A DNA stretch of 64,000 nucleotides from Nitrosopumilaceae archaeon (GCA_965214835.1 CBDCCK010000002.1:2560001-2624000), one strand, 5' to 3'. Shown: positions 10,950-21,890, counted from the stretch's first letter. The notes: generated from the letters alone by a model not told the origin. Made by a program: numbers and translations.

Positions 10950-11900
10950 TCACCGGTCCCAGTCAAAGCGACGCTGCAAGAGATCGTACAGGCGCTCGTT
11001 GTGCGGCCGAAAACAGTCCACCAGCATCCTGCGCGTGTCGTCTCGCATCGGGAGGTAGCTGTCTATCTTTAGACTTCTAGGATCCCCGTCTGGCCGGATG
11101 CTGTCTGGCCGCAGCCCCAGCTGCAGCACTCGACGGGGATCACGCAGGACCGCGCCGCCTGCGTCAAACGGCTCCAGTCCCAGAAACTCAAAGACCCGGT
11201 CAAGCATGCCCTGCCGGTCCGCCTCACTCATCGGTAGTCAGGACAAGGAGCCTGTCCCCATCGTAGTGTCTGAGCCATCTGGCCAGCTGCTCTGCGTAGT
11301 GGCCCTTGTGAAGGTAGGAGTACCGGTGCAGGCTGTGCCAGTGAAACCCCGGATCCGATGCGGCTCTTCCCATCTCGTATGATATCCTGTCCTTCTCTGC
11401 CGCTATCGCGTCCTCAAACGTCAGCGATTCGATCCCGCGGCGGAGATCCTGTTATAATCAGAGTAGGCGCGGTCTACCGGGTTGCGCAGGATGGCAATCA
11501 GCCTGACGTCCGGAAGCGCGGCCTTGACCCTGCCTGGCGCCAGCGGGTGGAATATGTAGACGGGGGTGGCCTCTCCGGACAGCATCCTGCTGTCTGTCTT
11601 CCATGCAAGGTAGCGCTTGCGCAGGACGGTCGGAAAGTAGGAGCGGTACCACATCATGCCCCTTCCTATAGGCCAGAGCATTGGAAAAAAAGTGCACCTC
11701 CTTGGGCGCAGAAAGCACCTGCGGATGCGTGTTTATCAGGCTGTACAGCGACGAGGTCCCCGACTTGGTAATCCCTATGGTGAGAAAGTCAGGCAGGGTA
11801 CGGAGAAACGACGTGTAGATGCCATTCCTGTGTGCCATACGGGTGATCCAGTGGGTGCGCTTAACGAGACTGCCCGGCGGCGGGGGGACATGCCCGTATT
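10950..11900 (-). pseudogene. Frameshifted sulfotransferase (heparan 3-O-sulfotransferase-like)
   Basis: PDFLTIGITKSGTSSLY, KEVHFF, EATPVY, LRNPVDRAYSDY and FRPHNERLYDLL spread over several frames. Confidence 0.85.
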
Positions 11901-12436
11901 TGCTGCGTCCACTGCCGGCACCGGCACCTGTAGCATCGCCCTCCCCCCCCCCACTCTTCACAGTGGCACCGGGTACTTGGGCACCAACAACACTACGGCG
12001 GAGTTCGCGCGAGATCAGCTTTGGCACGAAGTCCAGAAGCATCGATACTCTCGGGTATTTTGCGAGCCGCCAAAAGTCCGTCCTTAAGACGTGTCGTGAA
12101 CGTCCACAAACGGGACACCTCACGCGACAGTCATGCGATCCCATGGGCTCGAACAGCAGGCTGCGCGTCTTATTCGGCTCAAGGCGTGCCCCACAGACAT
12201 GAAAGACCCACGTCACCAGTCACAGCGTAGCATGTTGGGCGATGCGATATAAATGTACAATGTCAGGCGGGGTTGTGTCTTGTGCGGAAATTTTTTTTTT
12301 TTTTTTGGACAACCCCCGCCCAAGGCGTCCGGATAACGAGAATGATAATCACAGCCAAGAAAAATACACCTCACGGCAGGCCTCATGTTTTGAAAAAAAA
12401 GATAGGCTGCAAGGTGCGCTTTCAAAACATGTCTAG

Positions 12437-12790
12437 TTGAACGTCAACAGGACATGCGTTTACCTGCGACAGGGATGGATGGCGATAGCGCCAGTATTTG
12501 GATTTGGCAACTTTATCACGCTTATCTGCATAACGGTCGGGTTTGACGTTCCGCTGTACGTGTTTGCGCCGCTACTGGCAGCCGCCGGGCCGGTCTTTAC
12601 AGGCAAGCTGTTCAGGGACAGGCAGGTGCCAACGGACATGAGCGTGAAATATTTTCGATCACAGGAAGCGCTGACGTCCCAGTACATTTTGTGGGAGCAG
12701 ATCAAGCTGATCTGCAAAAACAGAGGAGTCCCACTCCGAGACGAGTTTGTCAGGCGTCTTGACACGCTAAAGACAGCAGCCAAAAAGTGA
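12437..12790 (+). CDS. Small membrane hypothetical protein
   Basis: Two hydrophobic segments followed by a polar tail. Confidence 0.45.
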   Translation: MNVNRTCVYLRQGWMAIAPVFGFGNFITLICITVGFDVPLYVFAPLLAAAGPVFTGKLFRDRQVPTDMSVKYFRSQEALTSQYILWEQIKLICKNRGVPLRDEFVRRLDTLKTAAKK

Positions 12791-13158
12791 GCGGCCACAG
12801 ACACCGCATCCCGAACAGATCCACGGTGGGTAGAGAGACGGCAACAAGCAATCCCGGTGCAAGACCGCATGGGAAAAATCACCGTTGCACGGTACCTGCT
12901 TTTACAGCAGCTGACTGCGCATGGACTCCCCTTGACATCCCTGAATCCGTGACTTGTCGTGCCATCATCAAGTCACATGATCCCAAACGGCTTTGATTCC
13001 TGAGAGTTGGTCCGAAATTGGCAGAATTTGATCATATGTGATCAATTTGCACAGAACGTCTCAAAAAACTGGCAAAATGCAAACCGTCTGCGAAATTACT
13101 TGAAGGATTCGTACGGCTTCTGATTTCGGATCACGCCTTTGCAGTTAGTTTTGAGCGG

Positions 13159-13968
13159 TCAGAGATGCGGTTCAATCTTGCCTAAAATTTCCCTTGCGGC
13201 AACATCCCACCCCACTCGAAGACCTTTTGGAACGTATGGATTTGTCGAGCCGTGCAGGCCCTTCATTTTTTGCCCATCCAGAAATTTTTCCGTCATTCTT
13301 GTTCTAAAATCATCGTATTTTATGTCAGCGGAGTTTAGAACATCTTTCAAGATTTTGATTATTGTGCCTGTTTCACTCGTAATTTTGAGGCCAGAGTAGA
13401 TGTCATAGACGTCTTTGCCCTCGTCTCTCTCGTAAAACGCCTTTAGTTTTTTGGCAATCAGAGTATGGAGCGAATAGACCGGAACCTTGTCTACTGTCAG
13501 CGGGAGTATCGTGCTGCTTGCGCCGGTCACTTGGCTGTTTCCAGCCGTTGCTTCTCCCATATTGAATTCAAGAAACACACTATCATCCATATTGATTTCG
13601 TTTTTGAATTTGCACGTAAAATGAACAATGTTTTTTCGCCGTGCCTCTTTTGGAATTGTGTAAGAGCTGCTCAATGGGGCAATAACGTTGTTTTTAATAA
13701 ATTCTATTTTTTCATCTTTTGATCTGTCATCTTTGAAAAATATATCCAGATCAACATCCTCTGAGAATCTCTGTATATGGCCAAGATATACTTTGTTCAG
13801 TGAGGTACCGCCTTTGCATACTATTTTGGCCTCAGACAAAACTGCATCAGACAACATGACAGGACACGTCTTGCTCCAGATGTCAAACACCCTTGCCTCT
13901 TTTAGGACGTATTGCATTCCAATGCCGGTTCTTGCAGCTGCCTGCTGTGCTTCCCGTAATTCAACCAT
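13159..13968 (-). CDS. abiEii: AbiEii/AbiGii nucleotidyltransferase toxin
   Basis: KGGTSL, RFSEDVDLD, KKLKA..ER...KDVYD. Confidence 0.9.
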   Translation of the reverse strand: MVELREAQQAAARTGIGMQYVLKEARVFDIWSKTCPVMLSDAVLSEAKIVCKGGTSLNKVYLGHIQRFSEDVDLDIFFKDDRSKDEKIEFIKNNVIAPLSSSYTIPKEARRKNIVHFTCKFKNEINMDDSVFLEFNMGEATAGNSQVTGASSTILPLTVDKVPVYSLHTLIAKKLKAFYERDEGKDVYDIYSGLKITSETGTIIKILKDVLNSADIKYDDFRTRMTEKFLDGQKMKGLHGSTNPYVPKGLRVGWDVAAREILGKIEPHL

Positions 13969-14785
13969 CGTACCACCACGAGAGAAGATTTCTCTCCCCT
14001 ATGTTATCTGTCACCATCCATTCTTTGATGTACCTTCCGCCCTTCAGGGCATAGTCAAGCTTTGCCTTGTTTTTTACCCTGCCCTCCAAATATTCCACAA
14101 AGTCTGCAGGGATGTCATATCCCGTCTCTTTGCGAAGCAGTGAAAGCACATAACCAATCTTCTGGCACAGGCTAGACGATCCAAGGCGGTCAAGATGTTC
14201 CTGCATTTCAGTCCAGTCGATTCCTTCCTCTGCCAGGTGCAGGGATTTTAAAACCTCAGAATAGCCGCCTGCGTGACACGGATGGCAGAAGCAGTCAAAG
14301 AACGTCTTTGCCTTTGTTGAGACTGTGTACTTTCCTTTTTTCTCAAATCCGGCGAACCTCCTTCCAAGCTTGACGGCCTTTACCTCATAGTGCTCAAGCA
14401 ACGGGGTCGTCTCCGATTTGTTTTTGGTCGCAACAAAAACTGTGAATGGCTCGTATTCGCTTAGCCCGTGTATTCTCAGTGCGCTTTGGAAGGCAAGGTA
14501 CCCCGAGTACATCTTCAGGCCGACCTCGAAGGGATCCTCAAGGTATGCGCGTCCCTCAAACGCAGTGCTGGCCGGGAGTCTCAGATATACGCCCTTTCCC
14601 ACCCCGGTTATCCAGCCCTTCTTTTCCAGCCTGTTGATTACCACGTAGAGATAGGCCCTGCTCAGTCCCAGTCTTTTATCATCTATTTCAGATACCTTAA
14701 AGGAGTTCTTTCCCATGCTTTCCAGATGGAGATAGAACTTTTGCTCTTCATGGCTGAGTGGCACTGTGGAGAGGTTTAGGTCCAT
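13961..14785 (-). CDS. abiEi: AbiEi antitoxin / transcriptional regulator
   Basis: wHTH LEKKGWI...GKGVY, YLAFQSALRIHGL, KTFFDC; overlaps the toxin. Confidence 0.88.
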   Translation of the reverse strand: MDLNLSTVPLSHEEQKFYLHLESMGKNSFKVSEIDDKRLGLSRAYLYVVINRLEKKGWITGVGKGVYLRLPASTAFEGRAYLEDPFEVGLKMYSGYLAFQSALRIHGLSEYEPFTVFVATKNKSETTPLLEHYEVKAVKLGRRFAGFEKKGKYTVSTKAKTFFDCFCHPCHAGGYSEVLKSLHLAEEGIDWTEMQEHLDRLGSSSLCQKIGYVLSLLRKETGYDIPADFVEYLEGRVKNKAKLDYALKGGRYIKEWMVTDNIGERNLLSWWYDG

Positions 14786-15229
14786 AATCTAACCATGACA
14801 GTTAGATTTTAAATTCTTTTCTCGCCAACAGGCATGTGGGATCGGATGCCATCTATCTATCCGAGCAGTCTTTCAACTGCCAGAATTGTAATAGGTTAGC
14901 CCCTAGCCAGATTCGCATGAGGGTAACAGGTCGGACTCTGGAAGCTCAGGCGTGAGTTTTGTCACTGATGAATGTCGATCAAAACAGAGTTTGTGCCTGA
15001 AATCAGAAACGGCTTCCAGAACCCGATCAGCTGCCTGCAAAGCAAACCGTAATTTTGACACATCGTGTCTGTTTCGATGAAAAGATATTCGATTTTCGAC
15101 CGTGCGCACTTGCAAATCAATGCCGTCTCGGGCTGACACGGGGAACGGGGTTTTCATACCTTCATTAATGGCCGCCGTTCCTCGTAGCTGTTCACGAAAT
15201 TCTGTACCGTCTGTGACACAAAACTCTCC

Positions 15230-16830
15230 CAGAACTTTCACGATGCTGGCGGTCCTGGAATATGCCCCAAATGCAATCCCGAGATGATCATTCCAAAGAG
15301 TCAGGCATTTGGAGCGAATCGTTCCGGAAAAACGAGACCCTGCTCCAAGGGCTGCGGCGCCGAGATCTACTGGGATGGCTCGTTCAAGTCTGACAGTGGC
15401 AAGTTCGTTCCGATTGATTCGAGGACTGATGAGCCGCATCGGTGCGACGGTGCGGCCAAACCAGCAGGGCCCGCCATACTGCCAGCGAGGCAAAAGAACA
15501 CCCCGGGAAAAAAGAGTCAAAGCAGGAATCAAAAATCCCGCTGCCCGAAGAAATCTTATTCGACGTCAGAAAAATCCCAAGATCCCTCATCGAGGATAAT
15601 CCGATAGTTCATGAAATCGTCCAGGGTCACAAAGAGAAATCCCTGGGGATAATTCACTAGACTTTATGCGTAATCGGCACAAATCAGAAAAATCAGGCAG
15701 CTTTTTCGTCGTTTTTGACAAATACGCATAAAGTCTACTATGAAAACATGGCATCCCCCGAGCCTGAAAAGATTCCGGTCGGATCCCTAAATGATGTCTT
15801 GTCTGAAAAAATCCTGAACGGGATTAAAAAATACGGTTTTTCGGGGCTTTTGCCTTTCCAAGCCGAGTCCGTCCGTTCAATTCTAAGTGGAAAAGACACC
15901 ATCATCTCTGCGCCCACCGGCTCGGGAAAGACCGAGGCCTTTAGCATACCTATTTTGGAGAGGATGTTGCAAGAGCCCGAGCTCAGGGTGTTTGCCCTAC
16001 TTGTGTACCCCCTAAACGCACTCATTGATGACCAGGTTTCAAAAATCTCAAGCCTGACAGACAAGTGTGATCTGAAAGGCATGATGGGCGTCTATTCCAT
16101 TCATGGGGGACAGAGTTCCCAATACAAAGACATGATAATTTCAGACGCCTCCAAAAAGTCGCTAGTCGTCGTGACGAATTTCGATTTTATCAATTACCAC
16201 CTGATTCTGCAGGACAAAAAATGGAACATACTGTTCAAAAACGCAAAAATCATCGTGATGGATGAGGCACACTCGTATACCAGATTTCACGGATCAAACG
16301 CGTATCACGTTCTAAAAAGGATGAGGCGCCACATGAAGGATGTTCAGTTTGTCGGCTCTTCTGCAACCCTGGACAACTTCCCGGAGTTTTTCTCAGACAT
16401 GTTTGACCTGCCCCAAGAGTCCTTTTCGTACATCAAAAGCAAGACCGGGCGGAAAAGAGACATGGAGATGATTTTCATCATGCCAAGAAAGTTTGGCCAG
16501 CGAACCACCATGGAGATGCTGGCATCCATCTGCCACAAGAACAAATCTGCACAGCTGATTTTCAGCAGCTCCCACAACGATGCGGAGTTTTTAGCGTCAA
16601 ACGTGGAATCTGCCAACGGCGGGATGTGCATCCAGATTCACCGCGGGGCCTTGACCAGAGCAGCCGAAAGCTGTACGAGTCCCAGACGAAGGCAGACGAG
16701 CTAGACGCCCTGTCCTGCACCCCGACCTCGGAGCTGGGCATCGACATTGGCCGCGTGGACGTGGTGATCTCTGCGTTCAAAAACGAGTTTGACTCTTTCG
16801 TGCAGAGGATTGGCCGCGCGGGCAGAATAG
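15230..16830 (+). pseudogene. DEAD/DEAH helicase (Hrq1/MrfA/DrmB-like) with a probable N-terminal Zn-binding region; broken by two MITEs and frameshifts
   Basis: APTGSGKT, YPLNALIDDQ, DEAH, SSAT, ELGIDIG and QRIGRAGR; removing MITE 15658-15737 rejoins GIIH to YYENM. Confidence 0.85.
15658..15737. mobile_element. MITE family 3 (about 80 bp, TA-flanked, TIR TAGACYTTATGCGTA); copies at 16828-16907, 16981-17060, about 24740-24816 and about 7565-7642
   Basis: Inverted ends and a shared aaaaatcaggcagctttt core. Confidence 0.8.
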
Positions 16831-17057
16831 ACTTTGCATAATCGGTTTAGATTTAGGATTATTACGAACAAATTCAACTCATTCAGGTCGATTACGCATG
16901 AGGTCTACTACACGATCTAGGCCAGCTGGACTTGCAGGGTACATTTTCAAGTATTGGCATGTGGAGTCTAGAGAAACTGCTAGACCTTATGCGTATTTGC
17001 CAAAAATGACGTAAAAGCTGCCTGATTTTTTTGATCTGTAGCGATTACGCATGAGGT

Positions 17058-17840
17058 CTATTCAATCACATTGGGTATTTCTTCTCTAATCTCAGACAAC
17101 ATTTTTGGAATGTTGATTGACTCGTTGATCAAACGTGTTAAACTGCGTAAATGTTCCTTCAAAACTTCTTCAATATCTTCAGGAAAGAATTGTCCGATGC
17201 CAGTAAATTTGACATTTTTTGTTTCACATTTTTTCAAAAAAAGATCTCCGACACCGTTCCAGATTTTGTTTTCTTTGAGCAATCGCCAGACATCATAGTA
17301 ATCCCTAATCTTTCTACGCTGGAGGATTGCTCTCAATTTTTCTGCCAGTATTGTTTCAAGTGAGTAAACGCTTACCGAGAATTTTGGATAGTCATAATAC
17401 TGTGGTACCGGCATTGCTACAATTTTGCCAATCTCCTCTTCGCGACTAATTTCAATTTTTAATCTAGCCGTGCTAATGGGCCCCGTATACTTGAACCTGC
17501 TTTGAAAATATCCCGGGTTTGTGTATGGTGATCCTTCAAGTTTTAACGCAATTTGGTTTTTTTGCATCACAATATTTGGTATTTCTTTTTCAATCGGCTT
17601 GACAAACTTTTCCCATGCTGTATTGCCTATGGGTGTGAAATCAAGATCTTCTGACAGCCTCCACTGGTTAGGAAAGTAGATCTTTGACAGGGCCGTACCT
17701 CCCTTGAAAACAAGCTTGTTAGAAATTGAACTGTTTGCAATGCCATAGAGCATCCATCCGAGAACATAGTCTTTTTCCACCGTGTCGACTCCGACTTTTA
17801 GCTCCACGGCCTTCTTCCTAAGTTCTTGATGTGAGATCAT
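17058..17840 (-). CDS. abiEii: AbiEii nucleotidyltransferase toxin (second system)
   Basis: VEKDYVL, FKGGTAL, RLSEDLDF, EKLRA..R..RDYYD. Confidence 0.92.
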   Translation of the reverse strand: MISHQELRKKAVELKVGVDTVEKDYVLGWMLYGIANSSISNKLVFKGGTALSKIYFPNQWRLSEDLDFTPIGNTAWEKFVKPIEKEIPNIVMQKNQIALKLEGSPYTNPGYFQSRFKYTGPISTARLKIEISREEEIGKIVAMPVPQYYDYPKFSVSVYSLETILAEKLRAILQRRKIRDYYDVWRLLKENKIWNGVGDLFLKKCETKNVKFTGIGQFFPEDIEEVLKEHLRSLTRLINESINIPKMLSEIREEIPNVIE

Positions 17841-18649
17841 TATTGCGTCCACCTGTCTGGATCAATTGTTGCATTGACAATCAGAGACCATTTTGTCTTT
17901 ATTTTGCCCCTTTTTGGAGAGAGTGGATCAAGCATGGAATATCCCTTTTTAACTTCTGCATTTTCCAAAACATTGAGACACTTATCAAGTCCCAGTACTT
18001 CGGAGATGTATCCAAGCCTTTTGACTACCGCGCCATTTCCAATCTTTACTGCCATCTTGGACAACGTTTCAAGCTTCAGCTCACTGGCAGAAAAATAAAG
18101 TGCCCTTGCAACCTCGTCAATGCCTCCCGCATGTTCCGGATGATCTAGGCAGTCTACGAATGTTTTTGCAGGCGTTGAGATGTTGACAGGCATGTTCTCA
18201 ACTGTGGTGATTGCGGCAACGCCAAACATTTTACGTGGAATTATTGTAACAAACTTGAATTCAACATTCAGTATTTTTCTAGAATTTCTTGGTTTTGGTG
18301 TGGCAATGTACACACAGGGCGGTGTCTGCTCTGTGAATCCGTAATGGTTGAGGGCGCTCCAATATCCGATGTAATATGGTTTTGCCAGCAGTGATCCTAT
18401 TACAAAGCTGTGAATGGTGTAACTGTCAGCTCCTTCCTCGCCTGCCTCAAATGGAGCTATAGCATAAACCCCCTTTCTTACTTTTAGAATCCATTTTTTT
18501 CTGACCAGCCAGTCTAGGACATTTTTTGGATTGCTTACTAGGTTCTTGACATCATCTAGCGTGAATATTGTCTTGTTTTTGTGACTGAGTCTTGCCAGAA
18601 CTCCCGCCTCCCTTTCCGACAATGTATGTCTGTATTTTTTTATGGGCAT
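17840..18649 (-). CDS. abiEi: AbiEi antitoxin (second system)
   Basis: LVRKKWI..VRKGVY, YIGYWSALNHYG, KTFVDCLDHP; TAATG coupling to the toxin. Confidence 0.9.
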   Translation of the reverse strand: MPIKKYRHTLSEREAGVLARLSHKNKTIFTLDDVKNLVSNPKNVLDWLVRKKWILKVRKGVYAIAPFEAGEEGADSYTIHSFVIGSLLAKPYYIGYWSALNHYGFTEQTPPCVYIATPKPRNSRKILNVEFKFVTIIPRKMFGVAAITTVENMPVNISTPAKTFVDCLDHPEHAGGIDEVARALYFSASELKLETLSKMAVKIGNGAVVKRLGYISEVLGLDKCLNVLENAEVKKGYSMLDPLSPKRGKIKTKWSLIVNATIDPDRWTQ

Positions 18650-18785
18650 TCGAACCATAACTCGAAAATCATTAAGAAAATATAGGTTTTTGGTGCTTAA
18701 AAGTATGACGGAAACCGGCTTGTTGCATAACCCCGATTTTAGGCACGAAAAACTGGCTGTTTTTACGCGTTCAGGCACGGTTATG

Positions 18786-20234
18786 CATCCATGGTAAAAC
18801 GCCCGCCAGTAACATGGCGACGTTCCTTTCGTCTTCTGATCCGTGCCTAGTCGGCCGGGCCGTGCTTTATAGCTAACGCTAGCAATACGCACGAGCCAGT
18901 CCTGTCGCACCTGCCGAGGTGCGGGCGGATCATTGGGTGGGTGGGTGGGGGATGGAAGGTGGCAATCCTATGCCGTTCCCACCAGTTCTGTCACCCTCTT
19001 GATCTTCCTGTCGTACAGGGCAGCATTGCGCGATGAATACACAGTCTTTGTCGTCAGCATGTGCCAGATTATCCTGAGCATCTTGTTTGCAACATGCGTT
19101 ATCGCTATGACGTGGTTGTTGCCGTTCCTTTTGCGGACCCTCTCGTAGAACTCCCTCATCCTGTCGTCGTGCTGTACGGCGACGTTGGCTATCTGGATCA
19201 TCAGCCAGTTGATCCTGCGGTTTGCATCCTTTTTCATGTGGCCGTGGTACTCGCGATCCCCCGACTGGTACACCCGGGGACACATGCCGGCCCAGGACAC
19301 AAGCTGGTTCGGCGATGGAAACCTGGTTATGTCACCGATCTCTGCTATCAGCAGCATTGCTGCAAAGGTGTCTATTCCCGTCATGCTCAACAGCAGCTTG
19401 GCATCCTCGTTCGATCCTGCCTGTCTTCCTATGTCCTCCCCTGCTTGGTCTATCTCCTCTGTGACGTGTACAATCCTCCTAGTGCAGCTTGCCAGTATCC
19501 TGTCATCGTTTGGCATGTTCAGCCTGGTATTGGAGATCTTCCGTATGGCCTTCTTGGAGTACATCGTGGATGCATCTATGGCTATGTCGTACTTGTCAAG
19601 CCAAGCTGTGCAGCCCGTTTATGACTGCGGTCCTCTCCTGCACCATCCGTATCCTGTACCTCATCAGCTCCCTGACATCCCTCAGCTCTGCTGATGCCAC
19701 GTAGCATCGTGGTATCATTCCGGCCCTGAGCGTTTCGGCTATCTTCCTTGCATCTATCGGGTCAGTCTTTACGCTGGTCTCTGATACTATCTTCATCTTG
19801 AGGGTGTTTGCAAGCAGTATGGGGATATGCTGATCCTCAAACGCCCTGAACGTCTTTAGCCACATGTTGCCCGTTGACTCGCACGCGGCCTGGCACTTTT
19901 TGTACTCTTTTTTCAGTCGTGCAGCAAGCTTTGATGCCTCCTTGTACGTGTTGTTATACGAGCCCTCCTCTAGCACGTGTCCCTTGGCGTCGATGACGCA
20001 CACTGCGCATTTTCTCTTTCCAATGTCTATTCCTATGCTTCTCAATCCTTTTCTTTCACCTCCTTTTGGATATGGTTTGACAGATCAGAAGCTGCATTCA
20101 TCCATCAGTGCGCGTAGCACAGGAACACAGCAGCTCGGATATCCCCATTCAACAGGTAGTGCGCGAAGCACATGCATAACGAGGGGTTGATCCATCACCC
20201 TGGCTACGGCGGGGGCGTTTTTATCATGTGTTCA
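18786..20234 (-). mobile_element. IS110-family element; recombinase at 18968-20045 with a single +1 frameshift near 19600
   Basis: GIDIGK, CESTG and KTDPIDA (DEDD), GMCPRVYQSG (catalytic Ser); CA core at both ends; subterminal IRs AAAACGCCC. Confidence 0.92.
20060..20215 (-). ncRNA. Putative IS110 bridge RNA (target-binding and donor-binding loops)
   Basis: Two stem/internal-loop/GTGC-N5-GCAC modules whose loop strands match the element's own target and donor junctions. Confidence 0.85.
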
Positions 20235-20251
20235 ACAGGCTAGGAAACCGT

Positions 20252-20629
20252 AGCTTGTTGCATAACTCCGACTAGAGCCCAGCCAATTCTTCCGGATCAC
20301 TACCGGCGCTCGGTTCCTACACGGCAGCCACCGCCTCTGCGATCCACTTGTTGTACAGCCATATCCTCAACTTTACCTCCTGCACTATATTGGACCACTT
20401 GAGGGCCTTTACGTCCTCGCCAAACATGCGCTTTATGGCCGATATCACGATCTCGACGATCCATCTGATGCCAAAGCCGACCGTGCTCTTCGGGTACCGC
20501 AGGTTCTCCTGCCTCTCCTCCTTTGATAGGCTGCCCACCGGCTCCTCGGGGCCGCCCCCGAGCTGCCATCGCACCAGCCGGCCCCACTTGTCGCCGCTGC
20601 CCAGGTGCATCTTGACAAATCCTCGCCTT
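20252..20629 (-). pseudogene. 3' fragment of an IS5-family transposase with its right TIR
   Basis: RWIVEIVISAIKRMFGE; TIR AGCTTGTTGCATAAC; truncated by IS3. Confidence 0.75.
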
Positions 20630-21890
20630 TGGTGCGGACCCCAAAAAAAAGAAGGAACGATCTGCAATGCACACTTTTTTAGTTCGGAGGTCGAATCACA
20701 GATATGACCAAGAAAACATGGAGTACGCAGGACAAGATAGGGATAGTCATGGAGCACTTAAACACCAACATCGAAACGGCAGATCTATGCCGCCGCCACA
20801 ACCTCTCCCCCAAGACGTTTTACCAGTGGAGGAAACGCTTTTTGCAGGGCGGACGCGCATCGCTGTCAGGCAGCGGCCCTGCAACGGCCGAAGGCAGACT
20901 CCAAAAGGAGAACGAGTCGCTCAAGCACATCATCGGCGAGTATGCCATAGCCAATGCGCTTTTAAAAAAAACCTTGGAGGCAGGCAAAAGGTGAACATTG
21001 CAATACTGCTAAGGGAGAGGGGCTGGAGCATGGACAAGACCCTGCAGTACAGCGGCGCCTCCAGAACTGCGTGGTACCACGTAAAAAAGCCGCAAAGACA
21101 GACAGAACCGGATCCGCAGACGGTCTCATTTGTCAGGGAGATCGGCAACAAGAGGCCCACATACGGCACGCGCCGCATGGCAGCCCAGATAAGTCGCGAG
21201 ACCGGCGTGCCGACAAACCGCAAAAGGATACAGCAGATATGCCGCAAAATAGGCTGGATCACGCCTAAAAAGACCAAAAACGACATAATAAGAGCAGGAA
21301 AAAGAGACAGGTTCAAGCCCACAGGGCCAAACCAGCTGTGGGAGACGGACATTACATACGTCTGGTGCGGTATAGACGGGTGGTGCTACTGCTTTAACGT
21401 AATCGATACGTTCACCAGGAAGTGGATAACATACGTCTTTGCCACGCAGGCCACCGCACAGGTCGCAGTCGAATCGCTGACAAGAGCAGTCTCCACGATT
21501 TCGGCAGACGAGGCAAGAGGACTGCTGGTCAGAAGTGACAATGGGACCCAGTACACGAGCCGCGAATTCAAGGAGAGTATGAAGATCCTGGGAGTCCGGT
21601 GTGAGTACATCTGGCACAACACACCCGAGCAGAACGGACATGTCGAGTCCTTCCACAAGACCCTCAAAAAGGAGTACGTCTGGCCACATGACTTTGCCAG
21701 GTTCCAGGATGCCGAGGCCGTCCTGGCAGAGGCGTTTGCAGATTACAACAAAGACAGGATCCACTCGGCACTGGGATACCTGACGCCGGACGAGTTTGTC
21801 CGGAAAATGCAGGAGGTGCCACAAAAATGAGCGATCAGAGCGTGCGTAAAATATCGCAAAAAGCGTTCCTATTTTATGGGGTCCACTCCA
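20630..21890 (+). mobile_element. IS3-family element, orfA 20704-20994 and orfB to 21830, with a -1 frameshift site
   Basis: TG...CA TIRs (TGGWGYGGACCCCA); slippery TTTAAAAAAAA; WETDITY, SDNGTQY and NGHVESF integrase core; solo right TIR also at 60761-60785. Confidence 0.93.

Larger units (their letters stand above)
18717..20241. mobile_element. IS5/IS903-type MITE (about 80 bp) whose right TIR is split by the IS110 insertion
   Basis: Left TIR GGCTTGTTGCATAACC; removing IS110 restores GGTTATGCAACAGGCT; flanks CGGAAACC/AGGAAACC form a 7-of-8 bp TSD. Confidence 0.8.

Noticed and set aside
12290-12306. Long poly-T tract as a regulatory switch
   Set aside because: Intergenic with no supportable promoter context; may be a terminator or homopolymer noise.
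17840-18910. 356-aa AbiEi as given in the ORF track
   Set aside because: The N-terminal extension runs through the MITE and the IS110 end; the real start is at about 18649.
18929-20227. ATGAT direct repeat as the IS110 boundaries
   Set aside because: The CA-core junctions at 18786 and 20233 match all four guides and restore the MITE TIR and TSD; ATGAT does neither.
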